The position numbers and the translations under genes are program-made. Positions 36,301 to 49,307 of a stretch of DNA of 64,000 nt are shown in pieces (within the stretch, counting starts at the first letter, position 1; the number at the start of each line of letters is the position of its first letter). The stretch spans positions 310,001 through 374,000 of the forward strand of contig BQFW01000006.1 of NCBI GenBank assembly GCA_020891255.1. The letters run 5' to 3'. Source of the stretch: Entomortierella parvispora E1425. Its lineage: Eukaryota; Fungi; Mortierellomycota. The notes below the pieces were generated by a model. The model worked only from the letters and a program-made list of their open reading frames with translations. It ran no database searches and had not been told where the DNA came from.

Positions 36301-38255
36301 CTGTCAAGATCTCGCCAGTTTCTACGCGCGCTTCCAATACCGAGGCTCCTTTGAACTGATATCTATCCGCCTTAGCGTATAGTAGGAGGGCGGATGGTAG
36401 GTCTGGCAATTGGATGATCAGGTGGCGTAGTCGAGGACTTTTCTTGATAAGCGATGAAATGAGGTTCATTTGAGTTCGTCCTTCAATGCCGGCACCAACG
36501 TCGATCTTTCGGAGCTATGGTATCAACTGAGAGGTCAGAGGTCCGTATGGAGGTTTTTACGTTGTTACCCTGTCGCTCATCCAGTCGACATACCTGATTA
36601 TGAAGGTTCAATTTCTCGACTTGACTCAGGAACTCACTACAGTTTCTGATGGAGAACGATTGGAGTCCAAGACCAGCCATGATCTTGTGCAAAACGGAAG
36701 ATGGAGTGCCTCGAGTAACAAGGTCACGGAGCCTGGACTGTGTGTTGCAACAGTCGACTGTCAAGCTGAGGATTGTTGGTAGAGACGACATGACCGCCTT
36801 GAAGTCCTTAAAGTCATCCAGAGTCGTATACCAGTCCAGAGTCACGACCAACTCGTGAACAAAGCGCGCCTTGACCAATTGCTGATAAAACTGAGAGGCC
36901 ATTTGCTTCGAACTGAGCCGTATCTCGACTTTTCCTTCGTTGGAGTAGTAGGTGCCGTTGTTTGTATCGACAAACTCCATAAAGTGCTTCCGGTCGATAG
37001 CTTTGTATTCTTCTCGATAGTGGTCCAGGCAGACCCATTTGATGGTTCCGTCAGGTCTTGCCAGTCTATAGAGATTCCCCAAGACTTGAGTTTCGTCACG
37101 AGTTTTCAAGAATGAGGCCAGATGTCGGAGATCAGCACCTTCCAAGGCCTCAATTTTTTCGACATCGTAATTCAGAGAATCCACGTCGTTTCCTGTTTCG
37201 ACCTGGTTTCTGGTCGGCAGATCCTTCAAAAATACAATTGCCTCGTCCACCTTTTGCTTCAGTTGGTCCTTGGCAGCACTCTCAAACTCCTCAATGCCCT
37301 TTTGGAGGCCTTTACCAATGCCAGCAATGTGAGGCACTGCGAACGAGCCTGCAGACACCGAGAAACGGAGAAGCTGCAGCAAGGTCAGAATGTACGGACC
37401 ATACTTTTTGAAAAACTCTGTCGGTCGTTCCAAGTCGTATCCATCGTGCTTGGCAAAGTGGATGTGTGGTTGTGATCTGCCTCCATTTCCTGACACGGAT
37501 AAATCGCATTCGCAGAGAAAGTAGAGACGATATTTGTCGACGAGTGGATTTAGCCTGTCTGTGAACGAGTTGCGACCGGGCAGGATGACGAATAGCCGTG
37601 GGATGGGGTACTCATGGAGTTCGTATGTGAGTCGAAAGATGGCGTTGGCCCTGTCGAGGATCAAAGCGAGCCAGTTATGGGTGGTTTTCATCATGTCGAC
37701 AGTCTCTGCATGGTTTTTGTGCTGGGTATCTATGACTTCTTTGACTCCGTGAGCGATATCGACCAGAAGTTGTCCGTTCATTGACGCCCGCATGGGCTGG
37801 GTCGCCGATTCAGCAACTGGACCGAGCGCGTTTTGGTTTGATAGGGATACAGCTACGGCTGTTGAGTCTGATGCGGAATGCTCCACTACAGGATGCTCAA
37901 AGGGGACGACCTTCAGGACCTTGTTTGGTACGCACTCTATACGCAGTGGCTCAAGACTATTCGATTGGAGGATGAAATCAACAGGGGGTACCTTTTCAGA
38001 ACATCGAGACGACCAAACAAAACGCGAATCTTACAGTTTTCTGCTTTTGTCTTTCAGGCAGCGGACTATCTTCATGTCGTCTTGGATGTAGACATTGCCT
38101 TGATAGGACGGAGGTAGGATATCCTGAAAGAAGACAACGTTCTTTCCAGTCTCGGGGTCAAACTCTGCTTGGACGGCTTTGACATCCCCCCCTGGCCATT
38201 GGAAGAGCTGGTGGAAATCCTCAGCATCTCCAGAGTTTGGTATGGCCATCGCCAT
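33309..38255 (-). CDS. Large multi-domain protein: Mortierella-type header, ELHEYPIPRLF domain, RNI/LRR-like super-repeats and a C-terminal SH3; exons about 38255-38035, 37956-36594, 36514-33725, 33650-33309
   Basis: Donor/acceptor pairs join four track ORFs in frame (EPLRIECVPNKVLKVV; HNQ|LRKIDV; TTK|KGLESK). SH3 signature VRALYDF...LKEGDII..L...ESGWW.G...GRQGWFPSNYV. The last acceptor is an AAG after a ctaac branch point, so it is less certain. Confidence 0.78.
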
Positions 38256-38916
38256 GATAAGAGGAGACGTGTTTGAGGGTGGATTGAGAGGGGATTCCGA
38301 GGGGTGGAGGGGTGGAGGGTGGAGGGTGGAGGTAGTAAAAAAGAAAGGATTGCAAAGCAAGAAAGAAAAAAGTTTGTGTGTTGACTCTGGACGGCTGTGC
38401 ATCGCTTGCCCTTTGCATTCGCCCCATCCATCCATCCATTCATCCATCCATCCATTTGCCCTGTCCCAGTTGGATCGGCCTAGAGAGATGGCCGAACCAG
38501 CCGATGCTCATCAGCTCAAGAAGGAAGAAGAGTAGAGGAAGGAAGCCATGATGGCCACGAGCGGACTGGGGTCCATTAGAGGAATGAGGCGCGTGGCGTG
38601 GAGGACCGACTCGTCTCCCTGTCCCAGGGAGAGACCGCCAGCAGAACAGCCCTGGACCAGAGCCCCTATTGGACAAACAACCATGCACAACACACAGAAA
38701 TAACAGACAAAAAAACACAGGCAAGCAGGTATTGTGCAGACTCTGGACACAGACATCAACAACGCACAACAAAGCAGCAACAGCAGGGCGACAGTCCACA
38801 GCCTGCGATCCTCTAGTGGACTTGTATCAAGAATGACAAGGAGCCAGAGGGTCCTGCGGTACTGCCAAAACAGAAACGGGGACGCGTCGTGTTGATCATC
38901 TCTATTGACTCTACAT

Positions 38917-41900
38917 CTACAATGAAATAACACCAGATTGTATCTTGGAAGGCACGGTCATGAACTGCTTGAAGAGCGACCCTTGGTGACTCGTCGGCCT
39001 CTTCACCGCAATCGAGACAAACACTCCCGACGGGTCCGACACATCCTCTTCGTCGCTTTCAAGACCATCCATGTCGATATCAAGACCTCCTTGATGATTC
39101 CTATCCTGAGCCTCTAACTCTGTCAGATCCAAGAGATGTCGCATGGTTGGACGACCGTGAGGACAGTTCCAGGGCTGATCAATTTCACCCATATGTCGAA
39201 CAATCCGCTTCATCTGCATGTGGTTGAGGACATGCCCAATCATCACCGATCTGCGACACGCCCTCGATGCAAACAACGCTCGCACTTTGGAACATCGGAC
39301 CATCTTTTCCGTCGCTCCTGCTACCTTGGCATGCTTATGGCTGTGTCCATTCTCCTCGGCCTCGTCCAATCCATGATCATCTGGTGCGCTGGTTTGTTGT
39401 GACAATAAAAAGACGAGCTCCTCAAAATCCTGGAGATCAAACACCACTCGCTCGCTGACGGGTAAAGTGACGAGCTGAAGGCGATGGCTGACCTGAGCCT
39501 CGGGGTCATATTCCAAATAGAAGCCATTCTGGTTGAGCATCTTCATATGGTTCACAACCGTGATTTCCTCCTGAGCCGTCAGGTACAGTTTCTTGGGCTG
39601 GAACATCCGCTGGGTGGAAAATACAGTCTTGGCCTGGAGCGTCTCAAAGTTGTACTTTTCGTCCGACGCGTGCTGGTCAATCACAAAGATGTCAGAGCTC
39701 ACTCGCCGCGGCTTTTGTGGTTTCTCGGAGGCGTCTTCAGCAGTGGACGAGGACGGGGAAGACGAATACTTGTCCAGTCGAGCCACAATGAAGGCGCGAT
39801 TGAATTGGCCTAGAACCTTCATCTTTGCAAAATCGCCCTTGGAGATGACACGACTAAGTGACTTTTGAGCCTTAGCGTCATCCAGGTTGGCAAAGCTGGC
39901 ATCGGACAGCTTCATGTTCCTGGTTCTCCGGTCGTGTATCTCCTTCAATCGTTCGCTCCGACGCTCCGAACTTTCTGCACTATCGACTTTCTCGGATTCG
40001 ACCTCGGATGAATCCGCTGCACGTTCACTCCTCTGTTGTTCCAATCGCTGGCGCCGCTCCTGACGCCTAGCCGATTTCTCATGCTGCAATCGGCGTGACT
40101 CTGTCAGGGATTTTATCCTCAATGCGCGTTTCCGACGTTGTTCAGCGATATCAAAGCCGACCATGATCCAGTCCCGCTCTCCCTCTTGCTGGACCACCGA
40201 GTCCAGCACAACGACTCTTTGTTGGGATTTCAACTTTTGTTGCTGCTGTCGGACAGAGTCAAAAGCTTTCTGGCCCTCATCGTCGCTATCGCTAACAATT
40301 TCCTCTCCATCCTGACGTGATCGGTCATCCAGAGGGTCATAGCCTTCCAGTACATTCAAGTCAGCCTTGTTAGAGGTAGAGGGTGAGCGAGAGCCGATGA
40401 TCTCTACAACATTGATATCCGAACGTTTGGTCGAGGCGACAGTGTCATTCTCTACAGGGCGTCCCGCAGGGTGTCTGGTTTCTGCTGGCGAGGGGGGGTC
40501 GTGGCTTGGCTCTTGATCCGACTCTGACTCTGACTGGGACTCTTGAGCCTTCCTCTTCCTGACGGGTGATTCTACAGGGTGCATTGTATCTCTTAGACTG
40601 GTCTGGGCGAGCCTGTGAGTCGCGTTCGAGACGGCAGAGGTTGCTCGGGAGGTCAAAGGAATGGTTTGGACAACGGTGTCCCGGCCATTAGTCGCTCTCG
40701 TAGGTCGACTTTCCACAGAAACTCTGTTCCCTTCCTTCTCCTCGTCATCCTCCTCCTGATCCTCTTGTTCGCCATTGCCGTTATCCATCGTTTCGGCACT
40801 ATATTTCAATCGACTGAAAAGATCTGGTTTTTTGATCTGCTGTCTAGCTTCACTGACTGCAAACGTGCTCCTGCTGGGCTCGAATAGTTCCGTGAGTTTG
40901 TTCCTGATCTCCTCTACCAGCATGCGCTCGTTGTGCAAAAAGATGGTTCTCTTGTCGGGACTCACATTGACATCATACGAGGCAGTTGGCAGGATCAAGT
41001 TGGCGACCAGAAAAGGACTTTGGTTTGTGTTGAATGAGTGATAGACCTCGTTGATGACTCTGGAGATCTTGGGTAGTACGCAAGGTCGGCCGTTGATGTA
41101 GAGATACTGTCGATCCGCCGCGGAGCGACCCTTTCCAAAGTTGGGAGAGGAAATGTAGCCGGTCAAGGAGATTCCTGTATCCTGCTCGTTTTCATCCTCG
41201 TCATCGCCATCAGCATCCTCGACAGTGTCCTTGCCATTGCCATTGCTTTTATCGTCCTTGTCGTCCTTGTCGCCGTCACCCTTTGCTTGACCCTTTACCA
41301 GCTCGAGATCGAAATCGACCACGTCGACCATAGCCTTTGGACCAAATACATTGATGATATTCTGTCGCACAGAGGCATTTCCGCTTGTTGCGATATATGT
41401 CACAGCTGACCTAGTATTGCATCGGATCAAATTATTGTTAGTTCCATTGCCTATTGCATCAAGTCATACTTCAGCAATATTTTCTCCGTCAGCAAGTCCA
41501 TTACTTTTTATCCGTCTGGGAGACGCAGCTGATGCGGACATTGGGGACGATAAGCGCGTAAGCTTGGATAAGACCAATACACTTTGTGTACTCGCGCTTG
41601 ATGTTCTTGACAAACTCGTTTCTGCGCACAGGCATTCCCTCAAACAAGTTGCTGATCTTGACAATGGTTCCTTTGGTCATAGGCGTGGGGGTTTTTGACT
41701 GGATAGTACCATCGGACGTATATTCGACTAAGACGCCGACGGGGCTATCGCCTGTAGAGGTGGTAACAGAGAGAGTGGCGAGTGCGCAGAGGGATGAGAG
41801 GGCCTCGCCTCGGAAGCCAAAGGACCGGACCTGAGCCAGGTCATTGAACGAGCTCAGCTTGGAGGTGTAATGCTTCAGGGCTACGGGAGAGTGAGAGAGA

Positions 41901-42291
41901 GAAAAAAAAATTAATGCGAAAATTGGTGGCAACAGGCAGTGAATAGGCTGCTCATTGCTTACCAAGTGTCTCGAGGTTAGGTGCAGAGATGCCACAGCCG
42001 TTGTCGGTGACGGTGATGTAATCAAGACCACTCTGCTTGAACTTGACCACTGTAGAAAAAGGCAGGGGAGAGACAAGCAGAGGTCAGCTTTGGGTGAACG
42101 CATGCATTCATGGACAGGGGAAATGAACACACAACAAAAAAAAAAAAGCACACACCGATCGAAGTCGCGCCTGCATCGAGCGAGTTTTCGAGCAACTCCT
42201 TGACGGCCGTGGCCATGTCCAGGACGACCTGCCCCGAGCAGATGCGATGGACCGATTCCTTGTCGATGGCCCGGATCGAGTTGGAAGACAT
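38917..42291 (-). CDS. PMS1: MutL-alpha endonuclease subunit (PMS2/yeast PMS1), 4 exons
   Basis: IRAIDKESVHRICSGQVV, VKELLENSLDAGAT, DNGCG, FGFRGEALSSL (GHKL ATPase), DQHASDEKYNFE metal-binding motif, WNCPHGRPT. Confidence 0.96.
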
Positions 42292-43349
42292 GAAGGGAAT
42301 GAAGAAGGTGACCCTGTCGGACAAGTTAGTGCACGCAAAAGGTGCATAAACGGGAAGAAAAAGAAAAAAAAAGAAAAATGAAGGAAAAAAAAAAAAAAAA
42401 GCCACACTTCCACTCTCACACTGCACCCGCTCTGTCGCACCACTCGCGCACATTCACTCGACTGGGGCACATTGGCAACGCGGCATTGTTGCATGCACGA
42501 GTCCCTCTGTCTTTGTCCTCTCTCTCTCTCTCTCCCTCTCTCTCCCTCTCTTTGCTCATCCTCCATTCACCCTCCTCCTCCTCCCTCCCCTCTCCTCTTC
42601 CCTGCCCTTCACTGCATCCCTCACAAAGCAGGACCCGCCTCTCATCTCGTCATCCATTCCCCCTCCTCGGTCCTGACCTTCCTCCATCCCACTGTCCATC
42701 TCTATTCTCCATTTCTCTGCCATCCACCTGGACAGTTGACCACAAGACTCAGACCTTGGTTCTTCAGAAGACACAGCTGAGCGTGAGGCTGTGAAAGCGA
42801 CAAAGAAAGAGTAAGTTCACGACACCCCTCCTACTCGCTGCGGCCCGCAAAGACAGACACGGCAGGACAGTCGGGGAGGAACGCGCGTCTCACGTCCTTT
42901 TTCGCGTGCGGCCCTTTTTTCTTGTTCAGTTACCCATGGTTTGGTTGAATGGCGGCAGGAAGCAACAGGTCTGCACTCCTGCCCTTGACAATCCTTTGTC
43001 GCTGATCTGTGCTGCTCTGTCTGACCTGCGTTCATGCACAGAGATCACAGCTCGCTCGCTCGCTCTCCACCGTTTTCATTTCTTTTTTTCCTTTGCTCGT
43101 TTCTCTGCCCCATGCTTCCATCGTTCTGCAATTATCGCTTTTTTCTTTTTCAGCTCTTAATATCCTCGGTTGATTGAGCGCTGTTTGAAGCAGATGACAC
43201 TCTTCTGACCCCGTTTTCATGGTTTTTTATTATTATTCCCCCCCCCCCCCCTCCTCCTCCTCCTCGTTCTTTCACCCACAGCAATTTAAGCACGCGCCCT
43301 GTCACACAGAGAAAGTAACCACACCCTGGATACTTCAAAGGCGACCAGA

Positions 43350-46300
43350 ATGGTCCACGGATCGACCCCCTTCTCCGAGGACTCGGAATCAGCCGCTCTC
43401 AAACCCCCTTCTTCTGGGAACAGGAGCTCGTACGGCTACTGGGCAGGGAGCAGATCCTCGTTGAGCACGCCTAATCTAGGCGGAAGTCTTTACCAAGTGA
43501 GCTATGATCCCCATCACAACGACACGGGTCATTGTAGGGATGCCTTTGGTCCGGGTCCCTCTCCGTCCTCCTACCCGTTAACGTCAGAGGAGGATGCTCA
43601 TGGCGGACACACACAATCCCTGAGGCAGGCTCAAGTCTCAAGTGTGGGCTCGATAGCCAGCGTGGATAGCTCATCCAGCACCTCATTCCAAAGGCAGCGC
43701 AAAAGAAGCGAGAGCACTGGTGGATTTAAGGTAAAATTGTTTAAAAGGATCCAAAAAATGGAAAAAAAAAAAAAGAAAAAGAAAAAAAAAAAAGTGGAGG
43801 AGGGGAGAAGAAGGGGAGACGCCGTCGACCCGGAGACAATGAAAAGAGAGAGATCCGAGGCCTTTTTCTCTTTCCTTTTGCCTTGAATGAGATGGACCTT
43901 GTGTTACTCCGTGATTAACAGGCAGTAGCTGTTTTCCACCTTTGTTTTTCATAGTCCACCGCAGGAAATATCTCGAGGATGGTCAGAAAGAGCAGCAGCA
44001 ATTTCTTGAAGAAGCTTGTCAAGGTTAGCCCTCGATACTCTCCGCTTGGCTCTTTTAATTATCGGGGAATTTGAAAAAATGTTTGTCCGTGGAGGTTGTT
44101 GACAAGTTTTTTTTTTTTTTATGTGCTCTTCTTTCTCAACTTAGAACTTTGACGATAAAGATGCTCCACCAATACCGACTAGCCAGTACAGTCAGTCCAG
44201 CATCAGTCTTGCTTCACCCTCAGGGATGACAGGAGACCATGGAAGTCATTCTCTAGTGCCAGAGATGCCTATGCTGCGATCTCTTTCGTCTCAAAACATT
44301 CGCCGCATTGGTCCTTTGGACACACCCCCACCCCTCTCCCCTTTGATGGGTTATGAAATGGCCTATCAATTTGCCGCACCGATGGACTATCAGGACTCGG
44401 GGCATCACGCGATCGACGCCGAGGTACATCCATCTTCATGGCCCAATAGCTCCACTAGCGCCATGCCCATTAGCGGCTCTCAATATATGACGACCGTATT
44501 GTCGCCGCAGGAAGTCGCTGATAGTCTCGCACAGCTAGTAGCGGATGCGGCGTTGGTCACAGAGGACAGAGATACCGAAGTGGACGAGGAAGAAGATGAA
44601 GAGGAAGACGGAGATGAAGATGAAGATGAAGATGAAGACGTACCGGCAGCAATCACTAATCGACTCTCAAGACTCTACGATACTGGATCCATCCACCTGA
44701 ATCAATCTCAGACGTCGCTTTACTATTCTACAAAATCGACGCTCTCGGACTCTGAGGCTTCAGAGATGATGGGATCCATGAGTCCAACACTTTCACCCAA
44801 CACGATCAAGCCCACAAGCGACGATGTCAGCAGCAGTGGCCACGGTGGTGGCAGCGGTAGTGGCAATAACAATAATACCGGCAATACCAGCCACAAGGGT
44901 GGCAGCTCTAGCAAACGGGGGTCGTACGTGCAGGATGCTCTGGGATATAGCCTTGGCCTCTCCCGAGGCAACTCTATTCGCTTTTCGCAGTACAACTTGG
45001 GAACAATGCAGGGGTTCAGTGGTGCGCCCGTTCAGCCACTGAGTTCCTCCATCTCCACCCCAACCTCTCCCGGGACTGTGCGTGGGACCAGCAGCACAGC
45101 TGCTGCTAATCAGCGGGAGTTTGGAGAGGCGCGCAAATCGGTTACCAGGCGACCAGTGACCATGTTTATACCCTTGACAAGCTCAGCCGCAGACCAGGCC
45201 GAGTCCGATGTCGATAATCTAACAGTATCAGAGGACCCTGTGCGCGAAACCGCGGCGGCAGCCCAACCAACAGTGGAACAGGATATGTCTTCTCCACCCA
45301 CTTCTCCATACCGCGAATCACGGCTACAGGAGCGCAATCTGCAGTCACTGACGGTCGATACAGCATCGCTCCCGCCAACAGATACGATTGATTCTAGTCC
45401 TATCCTACCCAGTTCTTTTGGTCGCTCCTTGAGCATCCAAGCAACGGCGCCAAAGAGACCGATGACGGTGTGTGTCGACACAAACCAATCGTTGGCACCT
45501 CTCTACCCACTGGCGACACCAACTCTCTTGACCCCAGACGATCCCCCAACAGGCGAACAGCGCGAGAGTACGTCGTTGCTGGCACAACGGACAGCCCGAC
45601 GGTGCTTTGAAGAGGACGAGTCCTTTTTGAGACGCGAAGAGATTTCAGAGTATCTGGGAACGCCCAAGCCCTTCCATCGACAAGTTCTAGGAGCCTATAT
45701 GAACCACTTTGACTTTCGTGGCAAGAGGATCGATCTGGCCTTCCGACTGCTCTGCCAAAAGCTGATCTTGAAGGGCGAGACGCAGGAGGTTGATCGTATC
45801 TTGGAGGCATTCGCCAGGCGTTACGTGGACTGCAACGATGGTCGACAGAGCGAGAGCAGCGGTGGCAGGAGTCGACCCATGCTGCTGGCCGTGGCAGATC
45901 ACGCCAAGGATGTAGTGCACGCTGTCAGTTATTCAATTTTGCTCCTCAACACGGATCTGCATGTTGTCCAGCAATCGACCAAGATGTCTCGATCGGCTTT
46001 TGTCAAGAATACGCTCGAGGTGGTACAGGCCCAAAGGGGCGGGGCGATAACCCCAGGCATGGGCTCTCCGGTGCATACAGTGGATCCTGTAGGATTGGGA
46101 ATGCCTCGATCCTTGACCTCGGATTCGATTGCTGAAGCCGGACTCGCCCCTTCGTCCTCCTCCAGCTTCCCGTCCATGGGCAGGCGGAGGACGCCTAGTG
46201 TCAAGAGTTGGAAGAGTGGTCATAGTCAGCAGAGCACCAATTACGACATGAACAGCAGCAGCAGCGGTGGCAATGTCGCCCATAGCAGTGGTAGCAGCAA

Positions 46301-49008
46301 CAGCAGGATGGGATCGGACCCTTCCGCCAATGGTGGTTACGGAAATGGCAAGGCATGGATTCAGGAACTGGAGAGTCTGTTCAAGGAGATCTACACTGCT
46401 GTCAAGCACAGTCAGATTCGCCTGCCTAGTCCGACGTCGGCGACACAGACCCCTGTCAGTGGACCCCATTCCAGTCGGGCGGGTTCGCGCTCCAATAGCA
46501 CCTTTAGTGCCATTTCTTCGCCACCCACCTCGCCCGCAATGGCTCCTGTCGGAGGGTTTGGTTCTTCTCTCTTCTCCTCTAATCGCATGAGTCGCCTTAT
46601 CCAACCCTCGACGTTATTCACATCCAACCAGACACAGCAACAGCAACAGCAACCACTGGGAGGTGACTTGGACTATCCCACGGACTCAGGAGTGGGGATC
46701 TTTGGAGGATCTGTGAACAGGAGAAAATCAATGAGCACCCGTGCCAGCCAACTTCGAAACGATGCCATCCAACGATTGAGCGCTCAGGCGCAGGCCCAAG
46801 CGCAGGCCAATGTACAAGCAATGGCGAACGCGGTGGCAGTAGCCCAAGCCCAGGCGGAAGCGGATGCAGAGATGAGAGAACGCAATTCGGCTGCCAGACT
46901 GGCCTCGAGTGCAAATGCATTGACTGCATCCGTCGCGGCTCCAACGAGTAGGTCACGCTACAGCGTTTTTGGCAACCTGGATGTCAGTTTTGGCGGTGGC
47001 GGTGGAAATACTGGAAGCGGTGGAAGCAGCATCAACTTTGTGGACAGAGGACCAGTCAGCTCTCGAGATGTTGTCTATCCACAACAGAGTTTGTCTGGCT
47101 CTTCGCGGCGACACTCCCATTTTGCATATTCAGAAATTGGAACAAACACTTCGGCTTCGACCGATACCACGCCTTCCGCCTCGCAGAACAGTCTTGCATC
47201 CTTGCAGAGTAGCACACTCTCCACATCCGCTGGTGGACCGCGTGACGAGCCCCGATCAAAACCTGCCATGGATGACCATTCAAATATGGAGCACAAACCT
47301 GAGGATTCGATCTCGTCAGGACCTCCCTCACTCGAAGCGTCCTCTTTTTTGGACGAATTCACGGCGGAACAAAAGGAACAGCGTCATCAGTTACACCTGC
47401 AATCCAGATACCGGATGGAGGGCATTCTCTGGAGAAAGCACTTGTTGGAGAGAAGCGACAAGAAAGCGCAGCATCGAGCGTGGAGGCAGCTTTTGGTGGT
47501 GTTGGACATGGAACAAGGATCTTTAGCCATGTTCCGATCCGATGGCACGTTGCCGTCCATGTCCAAGAGCACCTTGCCCTCGCCTTCATTGAATCCAACA
47601 CCGTCAACATCTGCGGGCAGGACTCATTCATCCGGCCACAGGACAAACCCAACAACACCGACTTCCAGCACTACTGTGGCTCACATGGCACTCTTTGACG
47701 AAATCCCATTGCAACATACCATCACTAATATTCTCCCACCCCCCGGCTATTCTTCAACGCGCCGGAACGTCTTTGCAGTGCAGCTATTTACAGGAGGCGT
47801 CTATCTGTTCCAGACCTCTACCCCTCAAGAGTGTGAGAACTGGGCCAGGAGCTGTAATTACTGGGCTGCAAGGACCAGCAAGGAACCCTTGGCAGGAGGC
47901 GTCATCAACATGGAGTATGGATGGGGTAGAGCCTTGGAGACGTACCTCTCTCGTTCACCTCTCTCGCCTTCGGCGTCTCTGTCTCCACTGGTGACAGGAT
48001 CGCAGCATGATCTGGGATTGAGTCCACTGAGTCAGTCCGCCTTGACCAGTCCGTTCGCGCAGAGTCCTGGAGCCATGTCAAGTGCATCTGCCACTTCTCC
48101 TAGCCACTACTTGAGCCAAGCGGGATCGGAAGCCTCTGGCTACTTTGGTATCACCAGCAGCAACCCAGCCATGGGTAACAGCAGCAGTCCTCTCCAAATG
48201 CGCAGCTCTGGCAGATCTACCTCTATGAAGTCTTCGTCTTCAAGAAGAGGCTCGATCTCGCTGTCCAGTTTTGGAGCAATGACAGGAGTAGTGGGTTCGG
48301 GTAGCAGTCATTCGTTGATTGCGGGAGCCGCTGCTCTTCATCCTGGAGATCAAGTCACCCTCTTTGAATGGACAGCACCTCAACCAGCCATGGCCTTGAG
48401 TCCCCATACGGAGGAGGCTGATCAGCTATGGGCTTTGAAGAAATATGTCCGAGAACTGGAATCCGAGATGGAGGCACATCAGGAACATCGCGGACCCATG
48501 CTCAAGTTGGTACGTTTTGTCATTGTATTCTCTCGGGGACTAATCTCTTTATTTATTTTTCCTCCACCCTCCTTTTCACGCTCAACTCTTTTGTCAACGA
48601 ATAATGGGGTTTGCCCAAGGGTCATGATGATGATTATTATTAATTACTAGTTTTTGGTATTTTTTTGTTTGATAGTTTCCACCAAAGTCGGTCAACCATG
48701 TCAAGGCATTCAACAATTGGGAACGACGTTCGAGGCACTTGCTCAAGGAGATGGTCAAGAATAAAATCTATGAGGAGTGCCTCGCGATGTCCATCGCTTA
48801 TCAAAATGAACAAGATCTCTTGGAGCTGAAAGCCTGGCAAACTCTGCAACGGCCGCCACGGCCGCCACAGCCACATCCGCTGGAAGGGCCGCTATCGGAA
48901 CTGAGAAAGGAGCCAGGGCTCGTGTCGATGGGAGCGTTGTCGTCGTCGTCATCTGATCTGGAAGCGGATCTCGAGGCCTTGGTGGTTCACGATGAGCCAG
49001 ACTTATGA
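43350..49008 (+). CDS. Sec7- and PH-domain Arf guanine-nucleotide exchange factor (Syt1/EFA6-like), exons about 43350-43730, 43957-44025, 44145-48509, 48676-49008
   Basis: Sec7 motifs FDFRGKRIDLAFR..LKGETQEVDRILEAF and SYSILLLNTDLH; split PH domain EGILWRKH...WRQLLVVL...YLFQTSTPQECENWARSCNYWAAR. Introns are in phase. Confidence 0.92.
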
Positions 49009-49307
49009 TACCAAAACAAAAGAGATAAAAAAAAAAAAAACAAACAGTCAATAACAAAGAGACTTGTACAATAAAATGATCGATTTTCTTATATAAAAAC
49101 AAATGGAATAGAAATGGGGGAAAGAAATAGAAAGAAAGAAAAGAAAGCTGCAGTCCACTGACCTCGAACTGCTGAAGAGTCGTGTATGGAAGCCATCGCC
49201 ACTGCCTGTTGGGGGGGGGGGAAGGAATGATTGGTACAATGGATTAACGACAGGCTGGGAATAGCTCTCCTCTCTCTTTTTCTTTTCTTTTTTTTTTTTT
49301 TTTTTTT

